This document shows, piece after piece, positions 53,308 through 63,366 of a stretch of DNA of 64,000 bases. Every line of letters starts with the position of its first letter. Position 1 is the stretch's first letter. Location of the stretch: IMG/VR virus record IMGVR_UViG_3300028591_000075, positions 1 through 64,000 of that record; one strand, given 5' to 3'. The notes below the pieces were generated by a model. That model was not told where the DNA came from. It did no database searches and worked only from the letters and a program-made list of their open reading frames with translations. This stretch comes from a virus (lineage: Duplodnaviria; Caudoviricetes). A program made the translations under genes and the position numbers.

Positions 53308-54639
53308 TTACTCGGCGGTTTCGTCCGAGACCACCATCGCCGCGGTTTCCGGTTCCGGTGCCTCTTCCTCTTCGCCGAGGGCCTTCGCCATGCTGGCAGC
53401 CTTCTTCTTGGATTCCTTCCTGGCCCTTTCGAGGTTGCGTTCGACTGCTTCCTCGTCCACTTCGAGACTTACGTTCTCGTCGATGCCATTCTCGCCGAGC
53501 TTGTCCGCGAGAGACTTGTTCTTGAAGGTCTCGTGAACATAGTCGTTAATCGGGTCGAGGATGGTACCGATGGTTTCCGCCTTGTGGAGGTCCTTGTTCA
53601 AGCAGGCAATCCATTCGGAACGCGGCTTGCGCGGATCCTTGATGACCCAGGCACCGGCATTGCCGATACGGCCAGCAGGAGGCGGAACATCCGGGAACTT
53701 GGAGGCGGTGTATGCTTCCAGGAGGCCGGCAGCCTTCGCGATATCATGGAGACCGTAGTACGGGTTCAGACCGGTCTTCCAGTCAAGGTACATCTTGACC
53801 TTGGTACCGACGTGGACAAAGCAGCTCTTCTTGATGTTCACGTTCAGGATAAGGCCGAGCTTGGTCTTGTCGGTCGCGGAAACGACTTCAAATCCAGTAG
53901 TGAGGTCGAAAATAACACGGGCGAAATACTTGGCGCCTTCACCGCCGGCGATTTCTTCCGGGTTGCCGTAGCTGGTCGGCTTCAAATACTTGTGGTTCGT
54001 GATGTACATCGGAACGCCGAGTTCGCCGCAACGGAATGTCATGTCGGTGAAGAAGGCCTTCAACTTCTTGGCCTTGGTCATGTCGGCGCTATCGGCACCC
54101 TTCTGGGCATCGTCCACACCCTTGTTAGTAAAGAGACCGCCCGCGGAGTCAAGCACGACCGCACACTTACGCTCATTCTCGAACTTCTCGCCCTTGTCTT
54201 CTTCAAGCTGGCTGACGAGCATGGACATACTGTGGTGGAATTCTTCGACCGTGTGCATACGGACGATTTCGAACTGGCCAGGGATGAAACCGAAGTTCTC
54301 AATGAGCATTTCTTCGGTAGTTTCGTTTTCAGTGTCGTACCAGAAGATGTAGTATCCCTGCTTCATGAGTTCGAGAGCAAAGTTCAGCTTGGCAATCAAG
54401 GACTTACCGGTTCCGAAGAAACCCACCGCCATGAAAAACTTGTTCATGTGGAATCCCTGATATACGTCACCGGACAAAGCCGCGTTAAACGCATAGGAAC
54501 CGCTGTTGATGAAACCATATTCCGGTCGTTTCTTGTTGTGGTCCAGGTACTTATCACCTGTCTTCAACTTGCGGAAGAAACCGAAATTTGGGGCGACTTG
54601 CACGCCTGATGTTGCTGTACTTGCTGCTTTCTTTGCCAT
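53308..54639 (-). CDS. uvsX: RecA/UvsX-like recombinase
   Basis: INSGSYAFNAALSG, GFFGTGKS, YDTEN, VLDSAGGL, ADMTKAK, ITNH, GGEG. Confidence 0.9.
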   Translation of the reverse strand: MAKKAASTATSGVQVAPNFGFFRKLKTGDKYLDHNKKRPEYGFINSGSYAFNAALSGDVYQGFHMNKFFMAVGFFGTGKSLIAKLNFALELMKQGYYIFWYDTENETTEEMLIENFGFIPGQFEIVRMHTVEEFHHSMSMLVSQLEEDKGEKFENERKCAVVLDSAGGLFTNKGVDDAQKGADSADMTKAKKLKAFFTDMTFRCGELGVPMYITNHKYLKPTSYGNPEEIAGGEGAKYFARVIFDLTTGFEVVSATDKTKLGLILNVNIKKSCFVHVGTKVKMYLDWKTGLNPYYGLHDIAKAAGLLEAYTASKFPDVPPPAGRIGNAGAWVIKDPRKPRSEWIACLNKDLHKAETIGTILDPINDYVHETFKNKSLADKLGENGIDENVSLEVDEEAVERNLERARKESKKKAASMAKALGEEEEAPEPETAAMVVSDETAE

Positions 54640-54662
54640 AAGACACCTCTCTTTTCAACTGA

Positions 54663-54691
54663 AATTTAACTACTTATTCTCAAACTGTCAA
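54663..54691 (-). promoter_or_regulatory. Sigma70-type promoter for uvsX
   Basis: TTGACA-17 bp-TAAATT, then a GAGAGG RBS. Confidence 0.7.
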
Positions 54692-54707
54692 CTACTAAAT
54701 AACAAAA

Positions 54708-54736
54708 ATATCCACACTATCAACAACTTATCAACA
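54708..54736 (+). promoter_or_regulatory. Three tandem DnaA-box-like 9-mers
   Basis: ATATCCACA, CTATCAACA and TTATCAACA next to an AT-rich tract. Confidence 0.4.
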
Positions 54737-54737
54737 C

Positions 54738-55664
54738 CTATGTCATCCTGGACAGTAGGTTCACCCCTCCCTGGACATGCTCCCACATGTCCATCTTGCC
54801 CATCATGGGGGTGCAGAATACCTTGAACTTGCCGTAGGTCACCTTGTGCCACGGGAAGTTGGAACTTTCCGGCAGCTTGAACGGGGCCATGCTCAGGACG
54901 ACGATGGGCCGGAACGAATTGGCCTTCTTCACATCAAGCACCGACTTGAAACCTTCAAGGGCCAGCATGCAGGATCCGTTCTCGGCGATATCCCTCAACA
55001 CGACCCGACCCGGCGTTTCCGCCGTCTCGATGAATATGAGCGCACTGGTCGGACCCTCAGTATGGAACATTGCCGACCTGGGGTCCCTCATTATGGAAAG
55101 GTATTCTTCAAGGTCGAAATATCCAAGCACCGGTATGCCACGGTTCTTCTTGTTCGGCATCTGGTTCACTGTATAGATGTAGCGGCTTAACAGCGGCTCC
55201 ATGAACTTGCCATCATCGAAGTCTATCCTGACCATCAGGTCATGTATGCCACGAAGGTCCTTCATGCGGTTCGCATTGAAAGTAATCCCACGGTGCATCT
55301 TGTCATAGACCATGTTTGGCTTTCCGGGAGCAGTGGAGAACTTCCCGGAAAACTTGTAGGTTCCGAAATCCAGGGTGGGGACATGGAAATGGTTAAGGGC
55401 CTCAGCCAGCGAAGTCGGATCCTTCACATTACCGACAACCCCATCTACGACGTAGACCTCGATACTCTTTCCATCCAGCTTCATCGCCGGCATGAAAACG
55501 CCATTTGAATTGTGATACCGGGCCTCCATGATATAGGTGCCCGCATTGGGAGAACCATCCTCGCGACAGATGCCGAGACGGAGGCCAACTTCCTTCCACC
55601 CAGTCTTGTAGTCGTCCACATAGACCAGGTGGGTATTAGTGGCGACTTGTTGTCCTAGCATCAT
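54738..55664 (-). CDS. Hypothetical protein
   Basis: 308-aa ORF overlapping the stop of the gp25-like gene. Confidence 0.7.
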   Translation of the reverse strand: MMLGQQVATNTHLVYVDDYKTGWKEVGLRLGICREDGSPNAGTYIMEARYHNSNGVFMPAMKLDGKSIEVYVVDGVVGNVKDPTSLAEALNHFHVPTLDFGTYKFSGKFSTAPGKPNMVYDKMHRGITFNANRMKDLRGIHDLMVRIDFDDGKFMEPLLSRYIYTVNQMPNKKNRGIPVLGYFDLEEYLSIMRDPRSAMFHTEGPTSALIFIETAETPGRVVLRDIAENGSCMLALEGFKSVLDVKKANSFRPIVVLSMAPFKLPESSNFPWHKVTYGKFKVFCTPMMGKMDMWEHVQGGVNLLSRMT

Positions 55665-56941
55665 CTAACGAGAGTTCCCCTACTCTTGAACGGGAGAACG
55701 ATGTACTCGGAGTTCCCGTTCGGCAAGACAACGGCGATGATGATACGGATGGTGTTGGCATCGTAGTCGATATCTATCTTGCTTTCCTCATAGTCCACCG
55801 ATACCCTGGGTTCGTATTCGTTGATGGCGGTGAAACATTCCTGCAGAATGCTTGTCTCGTCATCCTCATTCATGATACTGAATACCCGTTCCTCGATGGT
55901 CGTACCGAAGTCCGGATTGAACAGACGCTCACCCTTCCTGGTAAGAAGAATGTTGTAGATGTTCTGAATGAGGCTATTCTCGTCAGTAATTTCAACAAAA
56001 TTGTTGAAACCGAGGTCCCGGTTGTACACGGCAGAATGACTGACGCGCTCATCTTCCCTTCCAGGGCGGGAAGGATCCGTAAAGAATTTGTTACGCTTTG
56101 TCGCACTCGCATCGTAGTACACTCGCGTAGACTTGCTCACCGGAACCCCATCGGCATCGGTAATCACGAGTTCGGACATACCCTCGACCTTTCCCGGTAT
56201 ATCAGGTACGACAATCTTCAACGAAGTGTCGTTACCCGACAGAATAGTCGCCGGTTCGTCATCTATCATCACAACCAGGTCGGAAATACCAGCACCAAAC
56301 GACCGATCGGCATCGGCAATGGTAATAGTCGCACGTCCATCCGGAGCAAGAGTTGTAGGCGTGACATTGATATCAAACGGCTCAAGGACGGGTGTTTCGC
56401 CTTCATCAATCGTTATTTCAATCGGACTATCGGACTCATTGGAGCCGATGGTCATCTCGCCCTCGAACTCAAAGTCGCGGTAAGTGTCGATCGCCAGCGA
56501 TACCTGGGCCAGGTTGCGACGCTTCCACCCCTTGACAATCGAATCCGGAATGGTGAAAACCACCGGGTTCTTCTCGAACCCTTCCGGTGGATCGGTGTCA
56601 ACGTACCCATCACAGTCATGGTCGGCAATCGGCTTGCTTATCGCAATGGGGCTCACGTTTACCTTGTCATCCACCTTGTCATAAGGGTCACTGCCAATCC
56701 AGTTGGAATCGCTCATCTCGTATAGACCGAGCATGCCGATTTCATTGCCAAGCACATTGGTCGATGTGACCGTCACGCTGACCTTAATGACCGGATTTGG
56801 CGTATCATACAAGCCAGAAAGTGGGAACTTGAATGCGACAAAGGACGACTCGGACACCGGCAGGTCGGTGGCATCACTATGCGTGACACCATCATCACCT
56901 ACCCTGAAAAAGGTATCGTATGTCGGGCTGAATGTACTCAC
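55661..56941 (-). CDS. Baseplate gp25-like protein with N-terminal beta-sandwich and IPT/TIG-like domains
   Basis: C-terminal NSLIQNIYNILLTRKGERLFNPDFGT...INEYEPRV; middle VTPTTLAPDG...FG...ILSGNDTSLKIVVP. Confidence 0.8.
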   Translation of the reverse strand: MSTFSPTYDTFFRVGDDGVTHSDATDLPVSESSFVAFKFPLSGLYDTPNPVIKVSVTVTSTNVLGNEIGMLGLYEMSDSNWIGSDPYDKVDDKVNVSPIAISKPIADHDCDGYVDTDPPEGFEKNPVVFTIPDSIVKGWKRRNLAQVSLAIDTYRDFEFEGEMTIGSNESDSPIEITIDEGETPVLEPFDINVTPTTLAPDGRATITIADADRSFGAGISDLVVMIDDEPATILSGNDTSLKIVVPDIPGKVEGMSELVITDADGVPVSKSTRVYYDASATKRNKFFTDPSRPGREDERVSHSAVYNRDLGFNNFVEITDENSLIQNIYNILLTRKGERLFNPDFGTTIEERVFSIMNEDDETSILQECFTAINEYEPRVSVDYEESKIDIDYDANTIRIIIAVVLPNGNSEYIVLPFKSRGTLVR

Positions 56942-56950
56942 ATTACCCCA

Positions 56951-59578
56951 CTAGAAACGGTTGCGTCCAAATCTGGCAATAGTCGGTGCCGCTGGTTTAG
57001 GCGGTTGCTTGTTAGTAGGCTCCACGCGCTTCACACGTTCCTTGCCGGCATCGCTCATGTGCAAGTCTACGACGCCACTGCCCTGATTATTGATTGTACG
57101 AGCCTTATCCTCAATATCAGCCTTGTCTTCGCATGTTTTGAGGTCGGCCATATACGTGCTCAATGTACCAGGTTCCATATCGCAAAGTGTTTCGGCGCAG
57201 TCGCAGATGCACTGGAACGGATCCATCTCAGAAATGTACGCTATGGCACCTGGGATGCCAGATGATTTCAAATTGTTCAACGGCACATTGCAATCCGGGT
57301 ACATGTCGCCATACATGATGTTACCGCCTTCCTGCCCGACCATAATCTCCGGAGCGGCATCTTCCAGGCGCCTTGCCATAGCAACTACGTCATCAGCGTT
57401 CATTTTCAGAATGTACTGATGGATGAGCCCCCTATTCATCGGCTTGGTACCCATCAAGGATGCAAATCGGGCCGCACTGGTAATCAGCGATGGCGTATTG
57501 GTCGGCAATTCAAATAGACCACCCATCATATACACCAGATAACCCTTACCGAATGTCACAAGGCTTTCGGTCTGATTTCCGCGTTCCAATGCATCATAGC
57601 ACTTACGGGCAAGTTCATCCAAGTGAACGTCCGGAGTAGCCTTCTCCCTGATTTCCTCGGGGGACATATGTTCAATATCTCCAATGTCACCGCCAATCTC
57701 ACTGTTCTTGATATGCCGAGACATTGCCCCATTGAAATTCTCAATCGCACGAAGAACCGCACGTGTACTGCCATCCAAGCTCATATTCTTGCCGGCCTCG
57801 GCAATTATCGACGGTTCATTATCAAAAATGATTGCCGACATGCCACTGGCATTCTTGGTAGAATACTCCCTTCCAAGCGTTTCGCAAAGCCACTTCATCA
57901 CGGCAGCAGAGAATTTGGATAGTGTTCCAATCTCATTACCACTTGCCAAAGCATCACCCAGCATGTCCCCAGTACCGGACATCTCGGCAACCTTTTTAGC
58001 ACCGGTTCCACCAAGTAACCGCATGAGGCCATTCGCCGACCACTGTTCGCCTACGTTTGCGTTGATAACAGACATCCCATTACCATCGTCACGATGGGAC
58101 ATGAGATTATCCGCCCAGCGGTTTTCATCATCCTTCTCGCCACCGCCATTTCCACCCTTTCCATTCGCTCCACCTTTTCCATTGCCCTTCCCGGACTGAT
58201 CGGTGGAAATTTTACCTACATTGAGTGTGATTGGAAGTAGGACACCTTTGCGCACCAAATAGTTGATAACACCCAAGTATCGGCTCTCATCATACGCGGC
58301 ACCATATAGATTACCATGAAATTTGGTAGCGCCAAGGGAATTAACTGGCCGAACCTCAGCTCCAACATGGTCAGGACTCCTATCGGCATCAGCCAAATAA
58401 TCGTCAAACATTGTATTGAAATCGGTTACGAAGCCTTCGGTACCCAAGACAATCACCTTGTCATCGGAACGTTCGAGCGTTCCGTACCTAGGACTGGCAA
58501 ACTTTTTGGGAATGTCCTTACGGCCACCGAGCTGTTCAACCAGGCCAGGTTTGTTGGTTCCGTTGGCGAGAATATCAAGGGCCATACCCTTGACCGCATC
58601 ATCAGCCATATCATACCCATTGAACCTGTTCCGTATCCAATCTTCACATGCCTGGAGGTCAGAAGTCAACACGAACTGGTTGAGTACACTCGTCTTGTCA
58701 TTGACTACCGTCTTAGACTTGATGCCGAGGGTTTCGCCTGCCCGTGGTATTGGAGTACGTTTGTCATTGGCCAAATGCGACGCACGCAGCAAATAATACA
58801 TCAGGGAGCCATTCTTCATGAAGTTGCCTTCACCATGAAGTCGGGCATCAAGCTGCTTAATAATAGTTGGGAGTTTTTTCTGGAAAATGTCCAAAACACC
58901 ACTCACCGCTGTATCGGTAGAGTCGCCGTGGTTTCTTCCACTGTAATTATTATACTCGGTACTGAACAGAGTCCTAACTTCATCTTCGGTGATGAGCTGG
59001 CCGGCGTCTTTCAGATACTCACGGTTTTCATAGGCATAGTCAAACAGCGACTTCCAGTTTTCCTGAACTTCCGCAACGGAATAGTTGTTTTCTGCGTCAA
59101 GTTGGCGCTGGCGCTCTTTGGCGCGACGCGCTTCCTCTTCACGTTCAGCCTTTGTCAAACGTGTCGGCTTTCTCTTGGTGATAACCAATTTTTGGTCATC
59201 GCCGGTTTTACCACCCACAACACCTTTGAGAACACGCCCGGTGGGAGCCGGCTGTTCAGCGGGAGCCTCGGCACCATGTTCCGGTTCCGTAGGGGCCGGA
59301 GTTTCCGACTGTTCGGAAGATTCCCCACCTTCCGGGGTTCCAAAGAGATTTTCCTCCCCAAGATCAAGCATTCCCTGTTCCGGGTCACCGAACAGATTAT
59401 CCTCGCCCAAATCAATCATGTCCAGCTTGCCACCCTTGGCAGCCTCCATAATGGATTCAGTCTTCACAGATACACCGGCTTTCCTCTTACCTTCTGCAAC
59501 CGCGTCGGTCAAACGCTTCCAAATTCGCGCAAATGCCGCTTTCGGGCTAAGTTGTGAGGATGTCATTTCAGTGGCCAT
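56951..59578 (-). CDS. Large hypothetical late/virion protein
   Basis: 875 aa; late box at 59607; KTESIMEA near the N-terminus; duplicated DLGExNLFGxPE; Gly-rich linker. Confidence 0.7.
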   Translation of the reverse strand: MATEMTSSQLSPKAAFARIWKRLTDAVAEGKRKAGVSVKTESIMEAAKGGKLDMIDLGEDNLFGDPEQGMLDLGEENLFGTPEGGESSEQSETPAPTEPEHGAEAPAEQPAPTGRVLKGVVGGKTGDDQKLVITKRKPTRLTKAEREEEARRAKERQRQLDAENNYSVAEVQENWKSLFDYAYENREYLKDAGQLITEDEVRTLFSTEYNNYSGRNHGDSTDTAVSGVLDIFQKKLPTIIKQLDARLHGEGNFMKNGSLMYYLLRASHLANDKRTPIPRAGETLGIKSKTVVNDKTSVLNQFVLTSDLQACEDWIRNRFNGYDMADDAVKGMALDILANGTNKPGLVEQLGGRKDIPKKFASPRYGTLERSDDKVIVLGTEGFVTDFNTMFDDYLADADRSPDHVGAEVRPVNSLGATKFHGNLYGAAYDESRYLGVINYLVRKGVLLPITLNVGKISTDQSGKGNGKGGANGKGGNGGGEKDDENRWADNLMSHRDDGNGMSVINANVGEQWSANGLMRLLGGTGAKKVAEMSGTGDMLGDALASGNEIGTLSKFSAAVMKWLCETLGREYSTKNASGMSAIIFDNEPSIIAEAGKNMSLDGSTRAVLRAIENFNGAMSRHIKNSEIGGDIGDIEHMSPEEIREKATPDVHLDELARKCYDALERGNQTESLVTFGKGYLVYMMGGLFELPTNTPSLITSAARFASLMGTKPMNRGLIHQYILKMNADDVVAMARRLEDAAPEIMVGQEGGNIMYGDMYPDCNVPLNNLKSSGIPGAIAYISEMDPFQCICDCAETLCDMEPGTLSTYMADLKTCEDKADIEDKARTINNQGSGVVDLHMSDAGKERVKRVEPTNKQPPKPAAPTIARFGRNRF

Positions 59579-59606
59579 AATATGCTTCCCATCAATGTTT
59601 AACTGC

Positions 59607-59614
59607 AGTTTATA
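59607..59614 (-). promoter_or_regulatory. TATAAACT late box
   Basis: TATAAACTGCAG upstream of 59578. Confidence 0.7.
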
Positions 59615-59628
59615 GATATATGCACATC

Positions 59629-59653
59629 AAAAATGCGCCCAACCGGGCGCATT
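59629..59653 (-). terminator. Intrinsic terminator
   Basis: AAAAATGCGCCC-aacc-GGGCGCATT. Confidence 0.75.
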
Positions 59654-59655
59654 CG

Positions 59656-60588
59656 TTAGATATCTTCCTCGTCGGGAATTTCCGGGGGCGTTTCCTCATC
59701 GCTCTCGGCTTCGATTTCCTTAGCGATGGCCTCGTCTTCAAGTTCACGCAACTTACTGTGGAACATTGCGTAGCACTCCTCCACACCTTCCGTATCCAAG
59801 GTAAAGGCATCGATGGGCAGAACCTCATCCTCGAAAATGCCCCTGGCAGCACGGGTCAATACAGGTGCATTAGGTACCCATACATCGAACACCGAACCAT
59901 CCGTCGAACAGATGCTACCGATGCAAATGATATCCGGAAGTCCGCCATAGGCAATGACTTCCCGCATTCCAGCCGGTATCCCACGCTCGGCAACCGGATC
60001 CTTCACGAAATCCTTGTTGGCACGAATCATGCGGCTCTCGTCAGTATCAAATGCATAGATTTCAAGCCTGGTACCGCCATCCTTCGAGATGACGCCAATT
60101 CGCTCGTTTATCTTGGCATTGACGATATGTTCCTCGGCAACCATCTCGTCTATGTCGGGAGACGACATGGGCAAGTTGTGCATGAGGAATTCCTTGGCAT
60201 GTTCAAGAACGTTCGCTCCGCTCTGGGTGTACCCAAGGGAATATACATGCCGGTTGTTCTGGCCATAGACCTTGGATATCAGGCGCCCACCATCGCGTGT
60301 CACCACGGCATCGCCGAGACCGGCGCCGTCAATGGCATACGGGGAGGACAGAATGAAGGGGATGCCGGCATACAGGAACACGATGAGCATTTCCGCATGG
60401 ATATTCCCGATCGTTCCGGTAGCGATATAGAACGGAACCGGAGTATAGAACAACTCCGGACTTCCCATCATCCCGTCAATTTCATCCTTGAAAAGCTGGA
60501 CAATGTCGGAACCGTCCTCATCGGACAGGACGACACTGTACTGCTCGAAGCATGAACATAGGCCAAGCTGGCAAGGTACTGAAACCAT
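59656..60588 (-). CDS. Hypothetical protein
   Basis: 310-aa ORF in the dnaJ gene string. Confidence 0.7.
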   Translation of the reverse strand: MVSVPCQLGLCSCFEQYSVVLSDEDGSDIVQLFKDEIDGMMGSPELFYTPVPFYIATGTIGNIHAEMLIVFLYAGIPFILSSPYAIDGAGLGDAVVTRDGGRLISKVYGQNNRHVYSLGYTQSGANVLEHAKEFLMHNLPMSSPDIDEMVAEEHIVNAKINERIGVISKDGGTRLEIYAFDTDESRMIRANKDFVKDPVAERGIPAGMREVIAYGGLPDIICIGSICSTDGSVFDVWVPNAPVLTRAARGIFEDEVLPIDAFTLDTEGVEECYAMFHSKLRELEDEAIAKEIEAESDEETPPEIPDEEDI

Positions 60589-60591
60589 AAC

Positions 60592-60954
60592 TTAGAGCAA
60601 CTTGGACAGGGATGCAACAATCTTTTCGTAGAGAGGAGAAGCGCTGTGGTCGGGCGTGTTCTTCTTCTCTTCATCGATCTGTTCCTGCACGTCCTTGACG
60701 TACTGGGCAATCGTATCGATGATTGGCTTGGGGAAACTGGCCGTGTCGTATTCGAACTTGCGGTCAGGGCAGTTGCACTCGACCGTACCGTCAACCACCT
60801 TCACTTCAAATTCCTTGGCTTCCTCGTCGGTAATCTGGATGACTTCCAGGAATTCCGGGAAGGAGAAGTAGGTCACCCTCGTAGAGGGGATCTGGTGGGC
60901 GTACTTGACGATATCGTACCTTTCGGCAATCGTGAGACTGATTTTCTTGCTCAT
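60592..60954 (-). CDS. Hypothetical protein
   Basis: 120-aa ORF with GAGGA RBS. Confidence 0.7.
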   Translation of the reverse strand: MSKKISLTIAERYDIVKYAHQIPSTRVTYFSFPEFLEVIQITDEEAKEFEVKVVDGTVECNCPDRKFEYDTASFPKPIIDTIAQYVKDVQEQIDEEKKNTPDHSASPLYEKIVASLSKLL

Positions 60955-60970
60955 ATCTTTAATTCCTCGC

Positions 60971-61957
60971 TTAACCGGAAACTATATCCGTTCTTGCTTT
61001 TGAAAGTTCTTCCAGCTTCCCCCGGATGGCATCCGGGTCCTTTTCGTCAGCCGGCATGAAGATGAATTCACAGGGATACTCGGTTCCCATGAACTTTTCC
61101 ATGGTTTCCCGGTAGCCGTAGGTCTGCCCAGGGGGTATCCGCTTTACCATCAGGGGCCCCGGATAGTCGATTTCCACGGCATGGCCCAGGATGAAGCCCT
61201 CGACCGGTATGTTGTGGATATACAGGAACTTATCCCCATCAAAACTCAGGTGCTCGGTCGCCTTCGGATGGAATTCCATGACCAGGTTACCGTTCATGCC
61301 GCCGAAGCGGCCACCATTTCCCTTTCCGGGCACAACCATGTCAACAACACCCTTCTTGTAGTGGAATGAGTGGCTGACCTGCTTGCTTGACATCCCCGTG
61401 CCATGGCACACGGCGCATTCGCCCACCGGTACCATCCCGGCGCCATTGCATTTCGGGCACTTCATTACGCGGTCACCCTCGTTGGTCACCGTGCGCACAT
61501 TGCGCTCACCGTGGCAATTAGGGCATGTTTCCAGATGGTCGCCACCGGTTCCGGAGCATTCCAGGCACTCATGTTCAACCATGTAATTTACTGTCATGAT
61601 GGGGGCACCCTTCATGAACGTCTCCATCGAAATTTCCACATTCACCGGGACATCGGTACCGTCCACCTTACGCGGGTCGCTCGTAGTCGGCGCCTGCCCG
61701 AAGTTCTTGGCTACATCGGACTTACCCATCGCGGCACTCCATGTGGCCATCGTGCTGGAAAACGAGTGCGAAGCATCATACTTGCGGCGCAATTCAGGCG
61801 TCTTGATCTTGGCATACGCCTCGTTCAGTTCGGCCATCTGCTCCGGACTGCCCCCGTGGTCGGGATGCAGGTCACGCGCACGTTTCTTGTACACAGCATG
61901 AATTTCCTCGTCGCTGGCCTTCCTGGACACACCTATAATGGCATAAACGTCTTTCAT
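60971..61957 (-). CDS. dnaJ: DnaJ-family co-chaperone
   Basis: J-domain with LHPDHGG and LNEAY; four CxxCxG Zn-finger repeats; C-terminal GKGNGG...GNL. Confidence 0.9.
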   Translation of the reverse strand: MKDVYAIIGVSRKASDEEIHAVYKKRARDLHPDHGGSPEQMAELNEAYAKIKTPELRRKYDASHSFSSTMATWSAAMGKSDVAKNFGQAPTTSDPRKVDGTDVPVNVEISMETFMKGAPIMTVNYMVEHECLECSGTGGDHLETCPNCHGERNVRTVTNEGDRVMKCPKCNGAGMVPVGECAVCHGTGMSSKQVSHSFHYKKGVVDMVVPGKGNGGRFGGMNGNLVMEFHPKATEHLSFDGDKFLYIHNIPVEGFILGHAVEIDYPGPLMVKRIPPGQTYGYRETMEKFMGTEYPCEFIFMPADEKDPDAIRGKLEELSKARTDIVSG

Positions 61958-61973
61958 GTTATTCCTCTCGGGG

Positions 61974-61981
61974 TATAAACT
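61974..61981 (+). promoter_or_regulatory. TATAAACT late box
   Basis: 19 nt upstream of ATG 62001. Confidence 0.7.
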
Positions 61982-62000
61982 ATCTCCAAGAGGTTACATC

Positions 62001-62513
62001 ATGCCCAAAAAAGACACATTCGTAGGTAGCGTAGTGAATGCCGGCAAGAAATCCGGTGGAATCACCCATCCCATTGAAAGCAACGGTCCCCAAAAACGCA
62101 AGGCTGGGTTCTATGGGTATGCCATGGGTAGCGCAATGAGCGACATTCCCGGCAACGAAGCGAACGCCGCAGCCGATGTCGGCTATGCAACCTCCGGTGG
62201 ATGCGATGGTGCTCCGGCAGCCGGCGAATCCGTTGACCTGGAATCCTTCAACGCTTGCCTCGAAGCCGTCCGCGCACAGATTGAAGCAAGCCCCATTGCA
62301 AACCAGATTGCCGACATTTTCAAACGGGCACAGCAGGGCCAATGCAATACTGCCCTCTACTCCGGCGCCGATGGCTATCAGAGCATGGGGAACGGTGAAC
62401 AGCCTGACATGGTTCGCGAAAACCTCATCGCGACCGCGGCAGCCAACTGCGAAAGCGCCCTCCAAATGTTCAAGGCAGTTGCCGGGGTCGATTATTGGGT
62501 GTTCCGTCGCTAA
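62001..62513 (+). CDS. Hypothetical late protein
   Basis: ATG 62001 after GAGGT; several ES/EA sites (PIES, DLES, CLEA, NCES). Confidence 0.7.
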   Translation: MPKKDTFVGSVVNAGKKSGGITHPIESNGPQKRKAGFYGYAMGSAMSDIPGNEANAAADVGYATSGGCDGAPAAGESVDLESFNACLEAVRAQIEASPIANQIADIFKRAQQGQCNTALYSGADGYQSMGNGEQPDMVRENLIATAAANCESALQMFKAVAGVDYWVFRR

Positions 62514-62567
62514 CCGGCAATCTTTAATGTAGTTTAATCCTCGGAAATAAATCCGAGGATTTTTATT

Positions 62568-63347
62568 ATGGAATTGGAAAACAACCAGCCTATTACCCCG
62601 ACCAAGCGCGTTGTCGAGGTGCTGATCGATGAAAACGGCAATCCCAAGGAAGGGGAAGTCGTCAAGAAGGTACTCACATTTGAAACCCTGGACCTTCCTA
62701 CGCTGGATGAAGTCGTAGACAAGACCAAACCCGACTACGACGATTTCGACGTACTCCGTGGCAAGATGGGCGCCTGTGACGAACTCACCGAGTTCACCAA
62801 GGTATTCTATTACAAGGAAAAGGTTGACCCGCCCGTAAACGGTAAGGACTACCGCATCAAGCAGTTGCCCAAGTACCCCAAGTTTCTTGCCCTTTTCGAA
62901 GGCAAGGAAACCATCAATGACATCACGCTCTTCGACGTCAACCGCATGTTCAACAAGGAACAGTTCGAGGAAGCCCTGGAAGAAGATGAGCGCAAGAACG
63001 CACTCGCCGAGGCCGCTGCCGAAATCATGGATAACATGAAGAAGGAAAACCGTTTCTCGTTCGATGCCGAATTGAAGGAAAGCGACCTGGCAATCCTCAA
63101 AAAGTGGATCAAGAACACCGATGGGTTCCTGTCCTACGAAGACCTCCTGGCCGATTCCTTCCGCGAAATGCTCCCGGACTTCGCCAAGATGGGTGAAGAA
63201 TGCGAGAACCCGATTGACTTCAACCCGGATGTCATGATGTTCATGCCGCCCATGGACCAGGGTGACGTTGACAATGACGAAGAAGCAGCCGGTGACATCG
63301 GCAGCTTTATGCCAACTCCGGGCGGATGGAACGTCGAAGCCGACTAA
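62568..63347 (+). CDS. Acidic hypothetical protein
   Basis: 259-aa ORF; its GAGGA RBS lies within an inverted repeat. Confidence 0.7.
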   Translation: MELENNQPITPTKRVVEVLIDENGNPKEGEVVKKVLTFETLDLPTLDEVVDKTKPDYDDFDVLRGKMGACDELTEFTKVFYYKEKVDPPVNGKDYRIKQLPKYPKFLALFEGKETINDITLFDVNRMFNKEQFEEALEEDERKNALAEAAAEIMDNMKKENRFSFDAELKESDLAILKKWIKNTDGFLSYEDLLADSFREMLPDFAKMGEECENPIDFNPDVMMFMPPMDQGDVDNDEEAAGDIGSFMPTPGGWNVEAD

Positions 63348-63366
63348 GGTTCATCAAGCACCATTG

